From Candidatus Methanoperedens sp. (GTDB lineage Archaea; Halobacteriota; Methanosarcinia; Methanosarcinales; Methanoperedenaceae): a DNA stretch of 32,000 bases. A program made the translations under genes and the position numbers. Numbering within the stretch: position 1 is the stretch's first letter; the number at the start of each line of letters is the position of its first letter. Shown here piece after piece: positions 26,098 through 32,000 of the stretch. The notes beneath the pieces were generated by a model. The model saw only the letters and a list, made by a program, of their open reading frames with translations. It was not told the DNA's origin and made no database searches. The stretch covers positions 270,001 to 302,000 of the forward strand of contig JBGQBI010000003.1 of assembly GCA_041494705.1 (NCBI GenBank). Reading direction: 5' to 3'.

Positions 26098-26856
26098 ATG
26101 CAGACAGTGACCATAAAACCTAAAAAGGAAATCAGGATTTCAGTCGAGGCTGAGAACATTTCGCCGGATAAATTTGCCGGCAAAACCGAAAAAGAAATAC
26201 TATCTATGGAAGCATGGATGGGGAACCAGAAGACCACGCTCGGCGAGCTTTTCTCGGTAAAGGTTGAAGGTTCTGGCTCTGCGGCTGACACTAAAATCGT
26301 TATGGACGGCGATTTTTCCCGTATAAAGAGAATCGGGGAAGGTATGACTGCCGGACTGATAATGATTAAAGGCAATGTGGATATGCATCTTGGCGCCAAA
26401 ATGAGCGGCGGTAAAATATCCGTAACCGGGAATGTGGATTCCTGGGCAGGCAGGGAGATGAAAGGCGGAGAGCTCATAATAGAAGGGAACGCCGCTTATT
26501 ATCTCGGCGCAGGATACCGCGGAGAGACCTGTGGTATGCGCGGCGGAAAGATAACCGTTCTTGGCAATACCCTTGACTTTATGGGAGAGCACATGTGTGG
26601 CGGTGAGATTATCGTGAAAGGAAATGCAGGAATATTGCCCGGGCTCAGCAACAACGGAGGGAAAATAGTCATCGAGGGCAATACAAGCCGCCCCGGCAGC
26701 GAGATGGCAAAAGGCACAATAATCGTCAATGGAACTGTGGATGAAATGATGCCTGTTTTCAAGGCCGAAGGCACGGAAGCCGTTGACGGCGTCACGTACA
26801 GGAAATATACGGGCGATGTAATAGTCAATGGCAAAGGTGTTTTGTACGTGAAATAA
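26098..26856 (+). CDS. fwdC: Formylmethanofuran dehydrogenase subunit C
   Basis: Repeated G-x-x-G-x-x-G beta-helix units (GNVD..LGA.MSGGKI.V.GN...), as in the GXGXG-motif domain. Confidence 0.85.
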   Translation: MQTVTIKPKKEIRISVEAENISPDKFAGKTEKEILSMEAWMGNQKTTLGELFSVKVEGSGSAADTKIVMDGDFSRIKRIGEGMTAGLIMIKGNVDMHLGAKMSGGKISVTGNVDSWAGREMKGGELIIEGNAAYYLGAGYRGETCGMRGGKITVLGNTLDFMGEHMCGGEIIVKGNAGILPGLSNNGGKIVIEGNTSRPGSEMAKGTIIVNGTVDEMMPVFKAEGTEAVDGVTYRKYTGDVIVNGKGVLYVK

Positions 26857-26869
26857 TCATAAAAAAATG

Positions 26870-26885
26870 TTCGTATTAATACGAA
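26870..26885. repeat. Perfect 16-bp palindrome ttcgtattaatacgaa, 14 nt after the fwdC stop
   Basis: Read directly; the sequence is self-complementary. Could be a hairpin at the transcript end or a dimeric protein-binding site. Confidence 0.5.
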
Positions 26886-26969
26886 TTATATGCCATGATT
26901 TATTTAAATATAATTAAAAATAATAAACAAAAGGTATTTTAAGTATCAGCAACAAACTATTAACTAAAT

Positions 26970-27812
26970 ATGATAATGATTACAGCGATTGTAACGATGA
27001 TGGTTACTGCCATCATTTCTACAGTGGCGCGTTATGTTACATGGCAGATATCAGTTGTAGGTGACCCCTTCTATAAGTTCATAATCTGGCATATACTATT
27101 ATTTTCAATTGCACTTGCTATATTTCTGGACAGACGGCAAGGGTTCAAAAAAACAATCGGAATTGCGGGGTATATTGCACAAAAATATAATAAGACAAAT
27201 AGAGAGGGCAAGATAAATGCAACAATGAATGCATACCATGAGCATGCCCAAAAACCCAAGCTCCAAAAAGTATTGCTGCCAATCGCGATAACGCTATTCA
27301 TAGCATATATTCTTTCAGCTCATTTGTTATTTTTTGCAATCGTCACTTCAGGTTCGATGGAGCCAACCTTTAAAAAAGGCGACCTCGTATTTATGCAGGA
27401 TATTTTAATACAGCCAAAAGTCGGGGATATAATAATATTCCCTGACCCCCAAAAAAATGTGGTTTCGAATAAACCGGTTACGGTAACGCACAGGATTATT
27501 GAGATAAATGGGGATACAATAAGAACAAAAGGTGATAATAATCCTAATACAGATAGCTGGAAAATCAATAAAAAAGATGTAATCGGTAAAGCCTTCATTA
27601 TAGGTTCAAATCCCGCAGTCTTAAAAGATTTGGGTAGATATTTCTTACTGGATTTCAGGACAGACCAATACACGGAGGAATACCTTGCTATAGCAAAGAC
27701 TATCCAGAACATGAGAAGCATGGGGCTGATGATATTCTTCGGATGTCTTGTAATGTATTTGTTCCTGTCAATAAGAGATTCACGTCCTTCAAGACATTTT
27801 AAAAGCAGGTGA
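26970..27812 (+). CDS. Signal peptidase I, archaeal/Sec11 (S26B) type, with an unusual ~85-aa hydrophobic N-terminal extension
   Basis: SGSMEPTF (Ser nucleophile), VTHRI (His), TKGDNNPNTD (conserved GDNN box), C-terminal TM. A conventional-length enzyme would start at ATG 27225. Confidence 0.8.
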   Translation: MIMITAIVTMMVTAIISTVARYVTWQISVVGDPFYKFIIWHILLFSIALAIFLDRRQGFKKTIGIAGYIAQKYNKTNREGKINATMNAYHEHAQKPKLQKVLLPIAITLFIAYILSAHLLFFAIVTSGSMEPTFKKGDLVFMQDILIQPKVGDIIIFPDPQKNVVSNKPVTVTHRIIEINGDTIRTKGDNNPNTDSWKINKKDVIGKAFIIGSNPAVLKDLGRYFLLDFRTDQYTEEYLAIAKTIQNMRSMGLMIFFGCLVMYLFLSIRDSRPSRHFKSR

Positions 27813-27947
27813 AAAAGATAAATCGATTTTTTTTTCATAAAGTATATAAACTATTCCAATAATTAATTTTAAAAACGATTTTAATCTTGAAGGTCTTGTA
27901 ATATATAAATTAATAGAAGGCATACAAATTAATAGAAGGGGTCGGAT

Positions 27948-28940
27948 TTGGCGAATTTAGAAAAAATAATTGAACAATTAATAAGTAAACCCGAGTCATA
28001 TACTATCCAGAGGGACTCGCTTGATACATATATCAAGGAACATCATATGTGTCTCAATCCTTTCGCCGACAAGATTATTGATGATAAGATGTTCATCAAT
28101 AAAGATGAAATTGTCTGCAACAGGATAATGCGGGCTGCCAGGCACAACCAGTCAAGCCTGATGATATTAATGGGCCCTACAGGTTCAGGGAAGAGCGAAA
28201 ATGCCGACTTTATCGTAAGAAACCTGCCTCCCGAGTTTATTTTCTGGTATAACCAGATATATGGCCAGAGCTCGATACAGCTTGCTACATCGATAATCGG
28301 CGACCTTGACCCCAACTATCTGGCCCAATTATCCACAGCAGACAGGGAAATGATTCTTGACATATATGATGATGTCTTAAAGGCGCTTGTTAAAAATAAC
28401 AAGAAATTATTCTGCATATTCGACCAGGGGGAGCATTTCTCAAAAGATGCTTTTGAACTTATCACCAATTCCACCAATCCTTATTATGCAGCAAACAGGG
28501 CGTTTACGGGTTTGATCCTCGCAGTTCCACGCTTTGAAAAACATATTGAAGAATGGACTGAAAGTCTTGATACAATGTTAAGAAGGGCTCTTATACGCGA
28601 ATATACCAGGCCATTTACAGTGTCCCAGCGACTTGAATATATAATACGCGCCCTTGTTTCCAGTAAGAAAAAGAGCTATCATGAATTAATGAAAAAACGC
28701 GATTTTGACCCTTTCGATGAAGATGCCATTTTATACTTGATTGAAAAGAGTGAAGGACATCCAAGCACTCTTAACAGTCTATGCTATATCTCACTGGAAC
28801 TTGTGTCTGCAATTTCACCAGACGCAGTAATAACAGAATCTATTGTTCAGGAAGCCTGGACTAAATTCCCGAATAAAACAATCCATCACGACGCTATAAA
28901 CTGGTATAAAGAGAAAGGTCTATACCAGAAGCAAGACTAA
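27948..28940 (+). CDS. P-loop ATPase, ExeA/AAA_22-like
   Basis: Walker A GPTGSGKS, Walker-B-like LFCIFDQGEH, and a C-terminal EGHPSTLNSLC resembling the G-x-PR-x-IN-x-LC signature of ExeA-like ATPases. TTG start. Confidence 0.6.
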   Translation: MANLEKIIEQLISKPESYTIQRDSLDTYIKEHHMCLNPFADKIIDDKMFINKDEIVCNRIMRAARHNQSSLMILMGPTGSGKSENADFIVRNLPPEFIFWYNQIYGQSSIQLATSIIGDLDPNYLAQLSTADREMILDIYDDVLKALVKNNKKLFCIFDQGEHFSKDAFELITNSTNPYYAANRAFTGLILAVPRFEKHIEEWTESLDTMLRRALIREYTRPFTVSQRLEYIIRALVSSKKKSYHELMKKRDFDPFDEDAILYLIEKSEGHPSTLNSLCYISLELVSAISPDAVITESIVQEAWTKFPNKTIHHDAINWYKEKGLYQKQD

Positions 28941-28943
28941 AAG

Positions 28944-30215
28944 ATGCCAGCAATGGAAAAAAATAATGCACGCTATTCAAGCAAAAGAATTAATATCGAT
29001 TCATTATTAAAAAAGGAAGATGCTTATATCAGTAAGAAACTGGATTTGAACAGCCTGCTTGGGGCACCTGAATCCACCCGTACTCGGGTTTTACAGCCTG
29101 TTCATGGACAGGATAAGAAGGTCAGGCACATCTCGCCCGGCGAATATATAGTCGTAATAAGCATGATCCTTACCTCAATATATCTGCTGGTTACATCATT
29201 TTTCCCTCTTGTATACAATATTGTCACATCTTTTGAACCTATAAATTTCCTGATGAATTTACTATACTTCATTCTGGGAATCGGGAGCCTCGCTGGCGCT
29301 TTTTTAGTACTTAAAAAGGGGACGCATCTTGAACATATAGCAAACGATACTTTTGATGAAGTGGTTTATAAACGCCTTGAGCCCGTACTGCGTGATGTGG
29401 CCGATGTTCAGGTAGGATTGACCGATGTTCATTCCCAGCTGGAAATGATGAACCTGAATCTTGAAAAAATAGGAAAGGTCAAAGAAACGGTAACCCGGGA
29501 AATCCACCAGGAAGCTGCGCCGGCCCAGACTTCGATGTACATTAAATACATCGTATTAATCAATGTCACGCTTGCCACATTTTTATTCATGCTGCAATAC
29601 CCGCTGGAATATATTCCCTATGCAGTTACCATAGTGTATATTGTCTGGTGGGCAGTAATTACTGCCGAATTCAAGCTCTGGAATGTGGAATCGGTATGGA
29701 TGTGGGTTTTTGGTCCGATTTTAGTACTCCCGGTGTATTCGATTATCATGAACGCCTATCTGCGTGATTACCAGATGTTCGGCTCATTGTTCATCGGGCT
29801 TGTCATTTATGTTTTCGTATATTATTCATGGTGTTCCAATATGGTACGGGGCGTGCTCCCTCTTGACCTTCATATAGCCCTCGCGGAATTAAAAAAGAAA
29901 CTTAAAGAAAAACCTGAAGAAGAAACACCTAAACCCAAGATTACAATGCCCCGTATTGAATTGAAAATGCCTTTTAAATTTAATTTATACCATCTTGGAA
30001 TTTCAATGGTAATAGGGTCAATTATTCTATTCGCTTCTGCCTGGTTCGGTTTTTCTATAGAGCACAATTTAATACCCAATGTCTCGTGGAAAAACTTTGG
30101 CTTGAATGAGTTTACGTGGAAACCTCTGTATTCCTATGCCTTAACCCTCTTGGGTATGCTTTTCCTCGGGCTGGGTTTCAGGATATTGTTGAAATTCCGG
30201 AGGAGCCAGGATTGA
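28944..30215 (+). CDS. Polytopic membrane protein with a central soluble coiled-coil-like segment, no family recognised
   Basis: At least 8 hydrophobic helices. Starts 4 nt after the ATPase stop, and its stop overlaps the next gene start (TTGA). Confidence 0.6.
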   Translation: MPAMEKNNARYSSKRINIDSLLKKEDAYISKKLDLNSLLGAPESTRTRVLQPVHGQDKKVRHISPGEYIVVISMILTSIYLLVTSFFPLVYNIVTSFEPINFLMNLLYFILGIGSLAGAFLVLKKGTHLEHIANDTFDEVVYKRLEPVLRDVADVQVGLTDVHSQLEMMNLNLEKIGKVKETVTREIHQEAAPAQTSMYIKYIVLINVTLATFLFMLQYPLEYIPYAVTIVYIVWWAVITAEFKLWNVESVWMWVFGPILVLPVYSIIMNAYLRDYQMFGSLFIGLVIYVFVYYSWCSNMVRGVLPLDLHIALAELKKKLKEKPEEETPKPKITMPRIELKMPFKFNLYHLGISMVIGSIILFASAWFGFSIEHNLIPNVSWKNFGLNEFTWKPLYSYALTLLGMLFLGLGFRILLKFRRSQD

Positions 30216-31954
30216 AGAGACTCATTATCTTAATCATTTTTTTATTATTGTGGCCAGCTGTTTGCGCTGCTGAAAAAATAAATGGTCTGGATGTTGAGTG
30301 GGAATCCGGGACATCATATACCCTTAGCTGGACGAATCCCACAGTCACCGTAGGAGATTATGTCATACGGGTTTTTGATTTTGACTGGAAGGGAAATGCG
30401 GTCATATCAGTTACAAGAAAAGGCGTGACCCAGAACGGAATAATATCCAACCAGGGTGAAAACTTAGTTATGGATTTTACAGGAAATAGCACCACTTTCC
30501 AGGGAATCCTGATTGGTATGGGAGATGTTTCAAATTATGTATCCATCCCTGGAACCATCCCAATCAACGTTGGAACATTCCCATGCTGCCCTCAGGCCAC
30601 TATCAGTATTGCGGTCTCAAAAGATCTTACCCAAAAAAAACCGGTATTGGAGCTTGATATGGAAACGAACTGGGATGGAGGTCTGGGTAGAATATCAGAT
30701 ATGAATTTTGAAATCAAAAATACTGGCGACGCAGATCTTTCCGGGGGCAATGTTACGATAAATTTAGACGGCTTAATACCCGCCAATGATAGGCAATTAT
30801 CAGATAATGCATTAACATATAACCCCAAAAAAGGTATAGTAACCAAAGGATGGAGCACTCCGCTTTTAAGGAATAATTCGGTCTATTTTAATATATCGGT
30901 AAAGTCACCAGTCCCGTCGAATAAAACATCCTTTACGATTTCAGGTCAGAGTTATTTTAAGGATTCAAGCGGTAATCTGTATTCTGCAACGAAGTCTGAA
31001 ACCGTCTCCCTTACCCCTACTTTCAGTTTAACGAAATCAATAAGCCAGTATTCGATTCTTGGCGATAGGTCGTATGGGGATATCGATAAATTCTTCGCTC
31101 TTAGTAATGTGAGTGTTGTAAATTTAAATGTTGCGAACACGCAAAGCTATTCATTAAAATCGGTGACTCTCACGGATACCGTGATGAATGATTTTGATTT
31201 AATAAACGATTCCATAGCCCCAACAAAAGATTTTAAATTAATAAATAATAATACATTGCAGTGGGTTTTTGACCTTAATTCAAGTGAATCGAGGGAATTT
31301 AAATACCATTTAACCGCCCGGAAAATAGGAAGTTTTACAGCGCCTGGTGCGGTGGCGCAGTGGAATGCATGGGGAGTTACCGGAAAAGCTTCTTCAAACA
31401 TGCCTGCAACACGGGTATATGGTGTTTATGTGGTAGTGACCAGGAAAACTGATAAAACCAATCCAAAGTTGAACGAAAGCCTGAATGTAACAACTACATT
31501 GGAGAATATAGGCGACTTTCCTGCGGGATTTAATGCAACGGATATTCTTCCGAAAAATACCACATTCATTTCAGGAACCACGACCTTCAGCGGTTATTTG
31601 TACCCCAAGTCTGAACCTGTTTCTTTCAATTATAATTTGTCCGTTGATAAACCGGGTGATCTGGAATTTCCATCACCTGTAATCACTTTCTGGAAAAAAG
31701 ATTATGATGGGTCATTTGGTGTAATACCCGGCAATAAAATCACGGTCATCGGCCCCTCTCTCTTAGCAGTGGCTGCCGCGGCTTCAGGCCAGGCCAATAT
31801 CTCCCAGGCTCCCACAGCCACCCCCATCCCCAAGAGTTTGCTTGATATCATAGATGAGAAGGTTCCCTGGCTTGAGGGCGCTGTCCCGATAATCATGTTA
31901 ATTGTTGCTATTATTTTAATGCTTATGCTGCATGTTATTAACAGGGAATCATGA
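30212..31954 (+). CDS. Secreted, C-terminally membrane-anchored surface protein with CARDB/DUF11-like beta-sandwich repeats, sequon-rich
   Basis: From TTG 30212: signal peptide MKRLIILIIFLLLWPAVCAAEK. Repeats of the V.V.N.G...A type (EIKNTGDADLSG, TTLENIGDFPAG). I counted about 16 N-x-S/T sequons. C-terminal TM IIMLIVAIILMLML. The track start 30116 lies inside the previous gene. Confidence 0.65.
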   Translation: MKRLIILIIFLLLWPAVCAAEKINGLDVEWESGTSYTLSWTNPTVTVGDYVIRVFDFDWKGNAVISVTRKGVTQNGIISNQGENLVMDFTGNSTTFQGILIGMGDVSNYVSIPGTIPINVGTFPCCPQATISIAVSKDLTQKKPVLELDMETNWDGGLGRISDMNFEIKNTGDADLSGGNVTINLDGLIPANDRQLSDNALTYNPKKGIVTKGWSTPLLRNNSVYFNISVKSPVPSNKTSFTISGQSYFKDSSGNLYSATKSETVSLTPTFSLTKSISQYSILGDRSYGDIDKFFALSNVSVVNLNVANTQSYSLKSVTLTDTVMNDFDLINDSIAPTKDFKLINNNTLQWVFDLNSSESREFKYHLTARKIGSFTAPGAVAQWNAWGVTGKASSNMPATRVYGVYVVVTRKTDKTNPKLNESLNVTTTLENIGDFPAGFNATDILPKNTTFISGTTTFSGYLYPKSEPVSFNYNLSVDKPGDLEFPSPVITFWKKDYDGSFGVIPGNKITVIGPSLLAVAAAASGQANISQAPTATPIPKSLLDIIDEKVPWLEGAVPIIMLIVAIILMLMLHVINRES

Positions 31955-32000
31955 AAGCTGAGAATATTATCGGCTTAGCGATTCTGGTGGTATTCGGACT
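31951..32000 (+). CDS. Start of a further coupled gene (MKAENIIGLAILVVFG..., hydrophobic), truncated by the window end
   Basis: ATG 31951 overlaps the TGA stop of the previous gene (ATGA). Only 16 codons are visible. Confidence 0.35.
   Translation, partial: MKAENIIGLAILVVFG

Noticed and set aside
30116-30211. Upstream extension of the surface-protein ORF (METSVFLCLNPLGYAFPRAGFQDIVEIPEEPG)
   Set aside because: It lies wholly inside the preceding membrane-protein gene in another frame. A signal peptide begins exactly at TTG 30212, which overlaps that gene's stop.
1-32000. tRNA, rRNA, transposase or integrase genes
   Set aside because: I scanned for T-loop-like GGTTCGAATCC-type motifs, DDE/tyrosine-recombinase-like ORFs and terminal inverted repeats. 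Nothing convincing was found by eye. A tRNAscan/Infernal run would be needed to be certain.

Overview
The window looks like an archaeal chromosome segment from a methanogen or methanotroph, by gene content Methanosarcinales/ANME-like. That assignment is an inference; no rRNA or tRNA was seen to confirm it. Core genes: hdrB (5' partial), cyclophilin, archaeoflavoprotein, an MJ0936-type phosphoesterase, a COG2403 P-loop protein, secF-secD, two radical-SAM genes, an AsnC/RAM-domain protein, top6B-top6A, a TRAM protein, XPD/Rad3 and a fwdDBAC operon. Three stretches are AT-richer and look accessory. (1) About 14.4-19.6 kb, near the window centre: a 1063-aa Ski2/Hel308-type helicase fused to a C-terminal HD domain, strikingly AT-rich, followed by GC-rich short repeats, a frameshifted vapBC pair and an orphan antitoxin with a truncated PIN gene. 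This is my best candidate for an undescribed defence-like system. (2) 0.7-2.3 kb: an orphan 442-aa protein whose stop overlaps a triple zinc-ribbon reading frame that has no canonical start codon and sits in the -1 frame. (3) 27-32 kb: a tightly coupled cluster of signal peptidase I, an ExeA-like ATPase, a polytopic membrane protein and a sequon-rich secreted anchored protein. Two intergenic multi-hairpin GC-rich elements share a 14-nt core. No CRISPR array or transposase was recognised.
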